This document shows positions 18,346 to 32,096 of a stretch of DNA of 64,000 nt, piece after piece; positions within the stretch are counted from its first letter, which is position 1; each line of letters opens with the position of its first letter. The notes under the pieces were generated by a model. The model did not search any database. It was not told where the DNA came from and saw only the letters and a program-made list of their open reading frames with translations. This DNA is from Blastocystis sp. Blastoise. Lineage: Eukaryota; Protista; Bigyra: Opalinata. The stretch covers positions 841,357 to 905,356 of the forward strand of contig JBBPEB010000026.1 in NCBI GenBank assembly GCA_039096225.1, read 5' to 3'. A program made the translations under genes and the position numbers.

Positions 18346-21300
18346 ATGACAAATATTGATAAACAGAATATTATACAGATATATGATTTAATTGATAATA
18401 AATTATGTCAAATTCCTATAAATAATGTTACTATATTTACTTCAAAACGTGAACATTTATCTGTTTATTATACATTATCTGTAGAAAATACAGAACATAT
18501 AAATGAAGAATTAGAATTAGTACCTAAAATTATTCAGAAAAGTCAAGAACCATTTAGTAGTATATCTGAAAAATTAATCAGAAGTAATAAAGAATGGTTA
18601 TATACATCTATTTATATATATATTTATATAAATAAATATCCATTTGGAGATTGGGAAAAAGGTTATGTCACGTGCTTTAATGCAAATACAGGTAAACATT
18701 ATGTCAAGTTTTATAAAGAAGAAATAAAAAGTGGTTGGTATTTATTAAATGATAGAGATGTTATTCGATGGAAAACTATTTATAAGTATATATATTATGA
18801 TATTTATTTATTATAAACTTTATATAATATATTATAATATATATATATTTTTAATAATATTTTTTTTATTATTTGATTATAATTTATTTTTTAAAACTAT
18901 TTTATTTATTATTCATATAATTAGTTCTCATTATATATATATGATTTAATTTTTTTTTATTATTTATCAATATACTATATATATATATAGTTTATTAACA
19001 TCATCTTCTCCATTAACTCAATATCATTCACAAGAATTAATAAAAATATTACCTCAAGATTCTACTTATTGTATATGTTGTTTATCAAATATATCAACAT
19101 TAACAAATCCATTATTACAATGTTCAAAATGTAATTTATATATACATTTAGAATGTGATCCTGATTCAAAACATAATTATAATGAAGAAAAACATAAATA
19201 TTATTGTTTTTGTTGTAGAGTTTGTAATGGATGTAATTTATATATAACAAAACATAATATATGGAATTATATAGTAATAAATGAAAAGCAAATAATATGT
19301 TGTGATAAATGTTTATTATTATATAATACCAATCATTATTGTAGTATATGTCGTAAAACATATATAAATACAAAAGATATGTTATTATGCCAAGAATGTG
19401 GTATGTATATACATGAATCATGTGAAAGTAAATGTGTAAGAAGATATATGAATAAAGAACGTGAAAATAGACATCATCATCAGCAAGAAGAAGAAGATAC
19501 TATAATAGAAGGAGAAATAGAAGGAGAAGGAGAAATAGAAGATAAAGATGGAAATGATACTTTATCTATAAGAACTGGTAATAGTAAAAAAGAAAATAGT
19601 ATATCAACTTCAAAGAGTTTTTATGATAATTATTTATGTAGTCGTTGTAGAAGAAAGAAAATGATAGATTTACATAAAGAATTATTAAGAATTGATATAA
19701 AACATTTATTTACAAAACAAGTTGAAGAGAATTTTGCACCTGATTATTATAAAGTAATATCAAAATCAAATGCTATGTGTTTAGATATAATGAATGAAAA
19801 GATAAAACAAAAAGAATATGCATCAATACAATTATTTTATAATGATTTTGAATTAATATGTTTAAATAGTTATAAATATAATAATCCTGAAGATAATATT
19901 TGGAATGCAACTGATGATTTTTATAAAGAAGGAAAACAAATATTTATACAATTATGTCATAATATTACTTCTGGTATATATGAAAAAGAAATAATAAATA
20001 TCCAAAATAAACGTTTAGAACAAATAAATGGTCCATCAGCATCTTTAACTGCACAAACAAATTCACATATAGCTAGTGAACGTCAACATCAATTAGAAAA
20101 AGTAAAAGATGAAATAGGAAAATTAGCACCTAAAACATTATTACCTTATATAGAACCATTAGATATAACTAAAGTAAGTATACAAGATAAATATAAAAGT
20201 ATATTATGTAGAGATATGTGTATAATATGTGGTAGTACAGGTGATATAGATAAAATGTTATTTTGTATTGATTGTGGTGAATGTTATCATGCTAATTGTT
20301 TAGTACCCCGTATTGTTATTAATGATTTATTAAGAACAACTTGGAGATGTAAATATTGTTGTATTTGTGAGCATTGTGGATTAAATATTCATACACAAAG
20401 TAATAATACTATACCTAATATTAATAATAATCATAATATTGAAGATATGAATGATAATAATCATAATGTGAATAATAATAATAATAATGTGAATAATAAT
20501 AATATACATATATATCCTTCAGAAATGAATAAATCAATATCAAATCATTATAAATCATCATCATTACAATCTTCTTCTTCAACACCTTTATCTTCACCTT
20601 CTAATCATTCTATAAATAATAATAATAATACTAATAATACTAATAATAATACAATATTATTAGAAGATCAAGATATTATTAGTTGTGATTATTGTAAGAA
20701 AACATATCATATGAAATGTTTAAATCCACCATTATTACAATTACCTAAAGATACATGGTATTGTTATACATGCTATCATTGTAATCAATGTCATCAACAA
20801 AATTTACCGTTTTCTTATTCAATTAAACGTAATTATTGTACTAATTGTGCTTTAAATGAACCATTATTTAAAATATGTCCTATATGTAATAAAGAATGGA
20901 ATGAAAATGATCAAAATATGTATTTATGTGAAAAATGTGAAAGATGGGTTCATAAATCATGTACTGAATTATCTTCTGAAGATATGTTTAAATTAGAATT
21001 TTATAATAAAAATTATATATGTAAAAATTGTTTACATAATAATAATAATAATAATATTAATACTAATATGATTAATACTAATAATACTATAGATATCAAT
21101 ATGAATACAATGAATAATATAAATCTGTCATCAAATTATATACAAAATTCTATAATAAATAGAAATAACAATAATATGAATACAAATAATATTTATTCTA
21201 ATACATCTATTCTATCAACACCATCTCTTTCTTCTTCTTATCCAATGAATACTATTATTAGTAATACTGATATTAGTAATAATAGTAATTATAATACTGA

Positions 21301-23010
21301 TGCTAATAATAATAATACTAATATTGATAATAGTAATGTTAATACTAATAATAATATGAATGATAGTAATAGTAATACTAATAATACTATGAATGGAATA
21401 TCATTAAATTCAAAAGCTTCAATGATATCCACAAATCTATTTGATCAACCAATAAATTCTCCATATCTTTCTATATTAGCAAATCATAATTCACCAACTA
21501 TATCTCAACCTATATCTACTACTCTATATACATCACCTACTACTTCACCTTATCCATTATCACCTTATATATATCAACAACCTGTGTCATTTACTATACC
21601 TGATAATGATACAAAAGATATGGATAGTACATTAAGAACATGTATTAAAAGTATACAAGGATATAGAAGTATGGTATTAGAAAAAGAAAATAATTTTAAA
21701 TCAAAAGATGAATTTATTAAAAATTTATTAAATAGTCGTGTTTATGAAATGGCTCAAATTATTTTAAAGGTATATATATATATAATATTAATATTATTAT
21801 TTATTGTTTTAAATAATTATTTTATAATATTATTCTATTTATAATTATATTTTATTATTATTTTAAATAATAAATATAATAAATATAATAAATATAATAA
21901 ATATAATAAATATAATAATAATATATTATTCTATAGGCAAATTCTATACTATTATATATAACTTCATTATCTGTACCTCAATCTATAATTGATGAAAAAA
22001 TACAAGAAAGAATATCTACGTTTAAAAATAAATATTTAGCTCAACAATTGTATTTTCGAGCTCAACGTTATATAGCATCTAAATTAGCATATAGTTCAAT
22101 TCATTTTACTTCAGGACCTTCTCCTTCTACTATAATGAATATACCAGAAATATGTAATAATTTACCTCATATTGATGTAAAATCTTATATTAATACTCCT
22201 TATCCTCTAGTTGATTCTGATTTAATTACTTCTCTTTCAGATTATTATAATTATGATCTTATTTCTTTGTATAGTGATACTATATCTGCTTCTTCTTTTC
22301 TTTGGGCTATTTATAATATATTTCCTATTTATTTTGATCCAAAAGAACCATTTTCAAAATTTCATTTATTATTAATATCTACACCATTAGTTCATTTACA
22401 TTATCTTCAAAAACAACATATTGGTAATCAAAATGATTTAGAAGATTTAAAACATAAATTAATAGAATCATTAACAAATCCTAATATAACTATGTTGCCA
22501 GATCCATCTATATGTACAAAACAATTTTCTTATAATGATTTATCTACACCTTTTTTATCATTTTCTTTTTATAATAATAATAATATAAATATAGATAATA
22601 ATAATTTATCAGAAAAAGATAATGTTAGTCAAGAAGAAAAAATGGATATAAAAGAAAAAGAAGATGATAAAGATAATATAAATGATAAAGATAATATAAA
22701 TGATAATAAAGATGAAAATGATAATAATAATAATAACGAAATAGAAGCTTCTGATAAAAAGGAGGAAGAAGTAAAAGTGGAAGAAAATACTATTTATACT
22801 ATTTATACTAATAATAATGAAATTAATAAAGAGTCAACAAATATAAGTATAGAAGAAACTCAAGTGATGAATAAGACGAATGAATTTATCTCTACACTGC
22901 TACTACTTATGTTACTACTATCACTATTACTACTGATATATCTTATATCTAATACTATATATGCTTATGGGATAGTCCATCTATATTTAATATCAATGAG
23001 AGTATTATAA
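18346..23010 (+). CDS. Captured Tudor-like + PHD x2 + bromodomain + PHD x3 chromatin-reader protein (KMT2/MLL-like reader module, no SET domain seen), ~1430 aa spliced
   Basis: Exons 18346-18785, 18991-21769 and 21937-23010 join in frame (4293 nt). Tudor/Agenet-like PFGDWEKGYVTCFNANTGKHYVKF. C4HC3 PHD fingers (e.g. CIICGSTG..MLFCIDCGECYHANCL..WRCKYC; CDYCKKTYHMKCLNPPL..WYC; CPIC..CEKCERWVHKSC..YICKNC). Bromodomain APDYYKVI..MCLDIM..YASIQLFYNDFELICLNSYKYN. The last ~40 aa look frameshifted. Confidence 0.8.
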
Positions 23011-24150
23011 CCGTAGTAAAAGAAGATAAAAATGATAAATAACATAAATCTAAAAAACATAAACTAGTATTATGACACAGATAAATCCGCTGAAATCACT
23101 AATTAATAAGATATTTCTTATAATAATAAATTTTCTAAATAATCTGATAATATACTATATATATTAATGATACTTCTATAAATATTTGTGATAAAGAACA
23201 GATGTATATATTAGTATAGATATAGCTATTAGGAAAACTTTATTTATTTTTCTTCCAAATGTATTCAGTGATGCTGGTGTAAAATTAACTATGATAACAA
23301 TGATAATAATAATAATACTAGTAATCATGCAATTACTACAGATCTAAATATTGCAACGAATAATATTAATCTTCTATTCATAAAAAGTTTTAACATAAAT
23401 GAAAAAGAAACATATAAAAACAAAAAGAATCAAAATAAATTGATGTTCAGATATCTTTGGATATACTTCAAATAATTCTCCTATTATAATATTATTTATA
23501 CAGCTCTTAATACTGAAATACAAATAGATACTTATTATTATTCTAAAACTATATCTACAAACTAAAAATGAATCGAAAAGAAAAAAATTATTGTCTTCAA
23601 TCCTCATTGAAATCAAATTTGAGAGAAGATAATAATCATCTTCTTTCTATACTATTAATTACTTTTACTCCTATGACTTCTTCAAGTTAATCTAAAACTC
23701 CTTCTATTCCTCCTCCTTCAGTAAAACTTACAAAAATAAATTATAGAGCTTCTATTCCTTCTCCTATGCATAGAATACATTATCAACAAGAATACATCCA
23801 TCACAGTGGCTATTACTCACCACAACAAGATACAAGAATAAGACCTTCTTCTGATTCTATATAACAATATAAATCTAATAATACACGATATATTGAATAA
23901 TATCATAATAATCGTCAATATACATATGATAAACGAAATTATAATGAGAACCATTGAGAGATCTTTAAATATATCATTCTCAATGTGAAATCATTTCCAA
24001 GAAAACCGCTATTTATGATTATTTTATTGATGACACATAATATCCTCTTCGTTATCATTCTTCTTATCTTCATGATTCTAATATAGATTATTATCCTGTA
24101 GTAAACATTTCGGTAGATCCTTAAACAGAAAATATTGATACATATCTATC
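23011..24150 (+). pseudogene. Decayed 3' continuation of the captured chromatin gene
   Basis: Coding-like low-complexity composition (S/T/N/K-rich) with many stops and frameshifts. Confidence 0.5.
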
Positions 24151-24681
24151 TTTAATTTAACTTTACTAGCATATATTTAGTACTCAATATAGCTTTATTA
24201 TGATAACTATTTTATTCAATATACCTAATTTTAAATTATTATTCTCAAATGTATTACTAGCTTTATATGTCATTAAATATACTCTACTAACTTTCCTTTC
24301 TTTCTACTTCCGGAACACATTCTGTATACATTTCATATTTTGTATATCTTTGTCGGATATCTTATTTTTTTCTGCTAATGGAATACTTCATATTATTTAG
24401 ATTTCTTATAAATTAAGAAATATTTCTTAATGTTTATATTATGTTTAAAATGAAGTAATTAATAGAAATAGATCTATGATACAATCATCTAATATAATAA
24501 AAGATGCTATCTACATACTTTAAGTTTTGTATTAAATGTCTTTTAACAAAACGTTAATGTTTATATACTTATTAATATTAAAAAAATATATATTATTCAA
24601 ACACAATATAATATAAAATTAAAAACAAAATTAATAATATTCATATATAGAAGATTATATTTATTTATAAAATTGATATAT

Positions 24682-27600
24682 CTAGGTAATATGGCGTGTC
24701 ATAAACACTGTATTTGTAACAACGATTTCAGAACTAACTACATTTTTATTCTTCTGTTTTACCTTCTTGGCCTATATATATAATTATAAACTGATACAAA
24801 AACAGATTAAATGAATATACTTGTTTTTCTTCATATGAATCATCAATATTCTTATGAATATCATCATGAACGTCTACAATAATAAGATTATCTGGTTCAA
24901 TACATGTTACTGGTATAAAAGATGAATACTCATTGTCCTTTGGTATAATTCTATTTGAATCTTCTACAATATAATACAAACCTGTTGAAGAAATATGACA
25001 CTCAGGATATTCATGTTTCTTTATCAGAATAGATGATCCTATTTGGATATAATATAATGCCTTAATTAGGTGTACTATATCTTTCTTCTCATTATCATTT
25101 GTTAAATACATTATATAAGAATTATCAATTGTTTCTATTCCTTCATCTATATCAGAAGAATTAAATATTATAGAATCATTTATCATTATCTCAGAATAGA
25201 ATGCTATTACTACATTTTTTAGATTATTAACTAATACTCGATATATATCAGGATCATTAATACTACTATTTATATTTGCTATTTTACTAGAATTTATATC
25301 TTTCCATAATACTTCTTTAATATGATTGTCATTTGATAACAGAAGAAGCTTTATTATTTCTTTTATATCTGATTGAGATAAATTAATAGAATCAATTCCT
25401 CTAATACCTTTTATGAGTTTAATACGTTCATTGTTTGTATGAACTTCTTTGAAACATTCAGTTAACTCATTCTGAAATGATTCATCCTCATTTAATTCAA
25501 TCCCAACTTCATCATATGTTTCTTTATTTCCTTCTAAACTTAGATTAGAATTACTACTATCAATATTTTTATTATTAATATGTATATCTGCTATTTCTCT
25601 TTCAATAATGCATCTCATACAGGATTCATTATATTGCTTTCTTCCAAAAGTTATTCTTTTTAGATAAGAGTAAAATCGTTCTGATTCGTATGTGGAAGCA
25701 TATATAATTGATCCAGCGTTAATAATAGTCTCTGGAAGATGCTTCAGATAATGAATCTGAGTATTTATCAACTCCTTTGGGAGTAATAACTCGAAAAGGA
25801 AACATATTATATTACATTGATTTTTAAATACCTCCAGATTCTGAGGAGAAGAATTACCTTTAAAACAATATATCTGACGAATGATTGTTGCTAATGGATC
25901 TATTAGTATAACAAGAGGAGAATCTGTGTAATAGAAATCTGCAGTAATAAGAGGTAAGATACAGGAGGTAAAGAATATTCTGGAATGTGAAGACATCCTC
26001 CAGAACTTCTTTTCATTCATGATATATCTAAACTCATATTCATGGTTATTATATAATGTATTTACTGCAGATACTCTAGTAGTAATAATAGACATATTTT
26101 CTTTATCAAAACATAGTTTTTCAATTAATGATTCACTAGGATCTATTCCTTCTTTTGATATCTTTGAGTAATTATCTTTTGCATTATAATGAAACAGAAG
26201 ACATAGAAGAAGAGTACAAACATTATTAAACAAATGCATAGGGTCAAGAATAAAACTTGTAGCTGAATCGAAATAGGTTAATGATTCAAAAACACTAGGA
26301 ACTTGTTTTATTCCATTAGTAGATCCACTCTCTCCATTACTGTATCTATTAAGCAATATAGAAGAATTTGTTCTTTGTAAATAAGATATTTTAGTCAAAG
26401 CATCATTATATATATAACTAGAAGGAATTGATTTTGTAAGAATTTGGATACTACTATTATTACTGTCATTGGGTTGATTAGTATTATAGGTATTATTATC
26501 TTGAGACGAATTTAGAGAACATGAAGGATACAAGATTCTCTTAATACTTTTATTATTAGTATCAACAGTAATATAATTTTCAATACTTTGATATGTACAT
26601 TTTATTCCTTGGTGGAATTCTGATGTACTTCGATTCCAATTAAGCTCACAATATCTGCATGGGAATGAAGATGAAGATCCAGAGAAACCACCAATAGTAG
26701 AAACTGCTGCACAATCACCAAAAACATTTAGTAATACTCCAACCACTTTTTTCTTTATAATCCTATTATCTATATATATATCCATTTCTATTCCAGATGA
26801 TAGTATAGAAAATTCTTTTATTAATAAAGTTAGAATGGTATTAGAATATGATTCCTTTGTTACTGAATAAACCCAGAAAGAACGATTATCTGATATTCTA
26901 TTATAATTATAATTCAATAACTTGAGAAGAATAGGAAAAGAAGATTGATTAATCTGTGATAATGGATTTGTAAAAACACTTATTCCATCACATGTCATAT
27001 CAAATGTCAAAAATATATCCCCATTATTTATGACCTTACTCATATACTGTCGATAATTCTTACCTGACATATAGGCTGGTAACTTGCTTGGCAAAGATTC
27101 TACAGGCATAGAAAGATATTGAATTATTTGTTCTTTAGAATAGTATGATATTTCATTTATAAACTTCTTAGAAGATAGGAATTTACGAATTCGTGGTATA
27201 AGAGGAATAATTGATGTTTTAATTCCTATATATTTGAATAGTTATATTGAATATAATGTATATTATGTATAAACAATAATAATAATAATGGAAATATTGA
27301 GAATGAAATTGAGATATATATAATATAATAAGAATGAATGATATAGACTCTACATATACTAATATTCAAATTATTAATATTTAAAAATAGTGTATATTAT
27401 TGTCTATAATAAGAATTATATTCTATTCTAATAAAATAGTATATATGAAGAAGTATATCAAATTTATATATTCAATAATAATATATATATACTAAAAATA
27501 ATATGGATTAAGGATAAATATATTAAAAATAATAAATTGAATAATATAATAAAATAATGAATTGGAATATTATATAAATATAAAGAAATACGTTAATCCT

Positions 27601-28527
27601 ATATAGCAAACAATATATTGAAATATTAGATTAAGAATAATAGAAAGGAATGTTTCAAATAATATTACTATAATATACTAACAATAATAATTATTGAAAT
27701 AATATATATAATAATGATATATCTAATGATAATTGAATTGTATATCGAACAATATATCAAAAAATTATAATAAGAATACTATAATGGTATTATATACTAA
27801 TATTAATATACAAAAAACATATATAAAGATAGTATATATATAATGACTATATGTATATATATATACCTGTATTTGGTCCACATTCTTCATTACTACATTG
27901 TATCTTTTCCTGCTCTAATAGATTTCTTCCTCCATTAAATCCTAGTAACTTAGTACAGTTTCTGCAAATATATAGATTTTTGTGAATTGGTATCTCATTA
28001 TTGGAAGAACAATACTTTCGAACTATGTCTTGGCCACTCTTCGGAATATATAGCAATTCATGTTGTGGTGCTACTAATTTGATTATATTATTTGCTAACT
28101 CGTAAAGTTGTTTTATGTGTTCTTTACTTATCCTAAGTTCACACCAACAAATATATATAAAATCATCAAGTGTTGATGTTTTATTTTCGTCTTCTTTGAA
28201 TATTTTATTCTACAATAATATATATGCATTATTATAAATAGGATTAATGATTATATCCATTATAAAACATATTTAAATAATATATATATACGCAATTCAC
28301 TACATTATCTAAAAATGCATCCATTATTGATACTTCTTCTTGAGAACTAGTGTTATCACCTTGAAATGAGTCTTCACAATATTGTAATGTATCCTCATAA
28401 TCATTTGTCATAGTAGGAAGTTCATCATCAATTGAGATACCTATGTATACATATGTATATAAGTAGTAGAATCATTACGATTCCTTTTTGGTTGAAAACC
28501 AGGAATATCAAAAAGTCGTGTACCCAT
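24682..28527 (-). CDS. CACTA/EnSpm DDE transposase (TnpD-like; Transposase_21/DUF4218-type), 5 exons, ~1000 aa, apparently intact
   Basis: Exons 28527-~28479, ~28440-28292, 28189-27867, 27225-24821 and 24771-24682 splice in frame. Motifs: CRNC..C..C zinc knuckle, IPLIPRIRKFL, FDMTCDGISVF, FGDCAAVSTIGG..FPCRYC, LDPMHLF, QIHYLKHLPETIINAGSIIYASTYESERFYSYLK. Confidence 0.92.
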
Positions 28528-29236
28528 TTTAGAAATAGAATAAAGAAAAATAATGTTTAGAAAAATTTAGATTTTTATATTAATAATTTGAATTAATTAT
28601 CTCAAATTTCATTTTATTTAGGTTTTACTTAACATAATATGCTTGTTGAATGTATATCGAATTGTTAAGGGTATCAATATTATAAAAATATATGATCGAA
28701 TTACTCATTATATTATACATACGTCTAATAAAAGTAAAACATTGTGTATACCAAAAGAGAATTTGTTTCAAATGCTTTTAAATATAATTAATTCAATAAA
28801 TTTTTTAGTCCTTCTTAATTTAATAATTTCTACTATATATACTTTTTGATTCGAAGTGTGATATCTAATATATATCAAAATTCTTTATTTATTTCAGCTT
28901 TTAGAATGCTATTGTTTAAAGAATAAAATATCATTCTAAACAAATTTTGTTTAATTTTTTTTTCTATATCTTTTTATATTGTGATAATAAACGATTTAAC
29001 CATTATATTTATTGTTTATTTATGAAGTATTAGCAAACAAATTGCAATTATAAATTATTTTACAGATCATGCAACAACTAACTACATAAAAAGATAGAAC
29101 ATTGTTTTAAAAACATAATATGACGAGACCTTATATTGTTTAATATAATAAATAATTTCACTTTTTTTTTTTGAGACTTTTAAAAACAATAATAAACCCT
29201 AATATGAAATTCTTATAAAAATTCTTTCGTTTTAAT

Positions 29237-30120
29237 ATGTTAACAAAACATGACCAAAAAGCATTTTTTATTCATTTTTATGATCTTTATCTCCCTAATT
29301 ATAGGTCTAAGTTGACTGAAAAGGAAATGAAAAAACTAAAACAATTCAAAATTGAAATGTTGGGATCTTTTCATGAATTTTATAGATCTCTCATCTCTCC
29401 TGACACATCCGGTATATTCTATATGATATTTATAATCATTTTAGGGAAAAAAGAATGTAAATATCTTACATACGATATAGAGACTTTTCTGAGAAAAGAA
29501 GCTCTTTTGAGACATATCAAAGTAATAGCCATAAAAGATACAACAAAACAAATAAAAGTATAACCTGTTCTCTAATTAATGTCTCATTTTATATTTTTTT
29601 AATTAAATAATCTTTATAGAAGTGTTTACGACTAATTCCATATATCTTAAAAGATTCAGAATTAATAAAAGCAAAATATATTTTAAAAAAAGAGAAAGAT
29701 CATGTGTGCGTTGACGAAAATAATTCATTATATAATCTTATTCTTTTAGTCATAAAAGACTACATGTCTCTCCATAAGAGAGTTAAGTCAATAAATGACT
29801 ATGACATCATACGATGTATAAAAAAAGCGTTCTATGATAAAAGACAAAAAGGTAACTTCGCTAGTTCTTTTGGTTTTGTTGTTGTTGATAAAGATGGATA
29901 CAAAATAACTGAAAAAGCAAGTCTTATAGATGAACCTTTAGTATATATTTTAACTATTTATACTGTCAATATATATAATTCTTTTAGAATTCTGAATGGA
30001 AAAGAGATTCTTCTCTTTTTACTACTACCAGTCATTCATTTATGAATAATAAGAAAATTATTGAAAATCTTCAAATCAGCTATGACAGAGTCATAGAACA
30101 CAATCAGCGTCATCAGTATA
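29237..30120 (+). CDS. Second transposon-borne gene of unknown function (possible TnpA-like accessory); 3' end uncertain, may extend to ~30650
   Basis: Four exons splice in frame (MLTKHDQK...SPDTS|GKKECK...KQIK|KCLRLIP...IDEPL|NSEWKRD...HNQRH) with canonical short introns. Divergent from the transposase across ~710 bp. Confidence 0.65.
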
Positions 30121-30920
30121 TTTATTTTATTGGTTTATTATATATTATTGTTTCTTATTTTTTAGAATATTTTTTACTTCCAGTTTTATTGGTAATATTT
30201 TATTTTTTGGATATAATACATTTTTTATTCTCTTTCTTCATTATAAAGTATAGTTATCATTGTATTTATATATATGTTTTATATATAGGATGTAATAAAC
30301 CTTGGGTTGCTATCTATTGTTGCCATTTTTTCTGGTATATTATTTTATATTGTTTCCAATCTTTATATTATTTCTATATATTATTGTCTTTATATACTAT
30401 TACTAATTATATATAGGAATGCTTAATAAATCATTGTCAATAATAGTATATATATATATATTTTAACATTATCATTATATATTTATATAGATCAAATATA
30501 ATTAATTATAATAAAGAACAATGAATTGTATGTTTTATTTCTATATAATATTCTATTTTTTATTTTTATAGATAAACCAAAAATTGCAATTTGTACTGTC
30601 GAAATATAGATTAATATTTTTCTTTAATTCTTATGTATTTATATAATTATTTTTATCTATTATTTATACTCTATAGGTCATTGGTATTATAATATTTCAA
30701 AACAAATAATAAAAACAAATATTTATTCTTTTTATATTTGATTTTTTTTTGTTATAATATTAATTAATTATTTTTATACATATTTAAACTAATTGCTTTG
30801 TTTACACTTTTAAAAAATATTAAAAAAACAATATAAATACATTTCTATTATTATAATCGAAATATAAAATGTTTAAAAGTCTATTATAATGATTAAATAT
30901 CTTGTTATTTCAAGCAAAAT

Positions 30921-31077
30921 TATTGGCCAATTATTGCAATTCTAGTGGTTAAATTTTTAAAATGATCCAATTATAATATATAAAGATACTAACAAGAAAT
31001 TTCTAGATTTTTTCAATCAAAACTATTGGACAATTAATGCAATTGTAGTGGATAAAAGCTTGAAATTATCCAATTAT
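30921..31077 (+). repeat. Right subterminal direct repeat, two ~54-bp copies, 103-bp offset
   Basis: TATTGGCCAATTATTGCAATTCTAGTGG...ATCCAATTAT (30921) versus TATTGGACAATTAATGCAATTGTAGTGG...ATCCAATTAT (31024). Confidence 0.75.
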
Positions 31078-31302
31078 CTTATTATAATAATATTGCATCT
31101 ATAAGTGTAACTGGCTGAAAAAGTCTTAAATTTTTTTGCTTACTTTTTCGAATTTGTCGTTTTTTTGATATCCGTGAAAATGCCTACCAGTGGTATGTTA
31201 GTGAGTAGAATTTATTTTCTTAATTTGGTTTATTCATCTCTATCACTTATGATTTTATAAATAAAATATGAAAATCAATACAATATAGTCATTTTGTCTC
31301 AA

Positions 31303-31790
31303 ATGCTGTGTAATCAATTCAAGAATATATTCTATCTTTCAGTTTGTACTGCTTGTTCAATTTTTATAATCTTTTTTGTGAGAACTTTGGATTATAAATC
31401 AAGAAGCAAACTGATTCCAGTTAACATTTACGTAAATTATCTCGATGTTTATAATTTCATTTAAATAGAATAGTAAATCAATTAAATTTCCTGAAAGAAA
31501 ATATATTTATAATATTATAAATATCGATATTAATAAAAGAGAAAATTATACAAAAGAAAATTTTTTAATTGATAGGAAATCTTATATTAAAGAACTTGGT
31601 ATATATATATATATTGATTATTTATTATATAGGTTTAATTAGAAAATGTGGGGTTGATGTTAAATCTTCTATATGTGATACATCATTAAATTCTACAGAA
31701 ATAGAAGCATTTAAAAAGTATTATAATAAAGAGAGTATTAATAAGAAAAGATATTTGGCTGTTTTTGGTACTACATTAGTAGTTACAGTA

Positions 31791-31873
<83 letters not shown>

Positions 31874-32023
31874 GAAACAAGAATCACGAATTTTTATTCA
31901 AAGTTATTTCCTTAATAGTATTCTTATCATTCAAAGATATACAAATATAAGATTTGTTGTATTCACTGATAGTCAACAAATAATAGATGAATGTACAAGT
32001 AGAAACATTAAGTATAGCACTGA

Positions 32024-32096
<73 letters not shown>

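Larger units (their letters stand above)
15282..31192. mobile_element. Large (15.9 kb) CACTA/EnSpm transposon, probably autonomous, with captured chromatin-reader cargo
   Basis: Perfect 12-bp TIR CACTGGTAGGCA (15282) / TGCCTACCAGTG (ends 31192). Encloses a CACTA transposase and has subterminal repeats at both ends. Flanks are ATA / GTA, i.e. a TSD with one mismatch. Confidence 0.8.

Noticed and set aside
24150-24420. Possible third transposon gene on the minus strand downstream of the transposase
   Set aside because: Only short stop-interrupted frames with no recognisable motif.
15273-31203. Outer CACTA...TAGTG pair just outside the CACTG TIRs as the true element ends
   Set aside because: Needs indels to align, flanks (TTC/AGT) give no TSD, and the related element's TIR aligns with the CACTG start.
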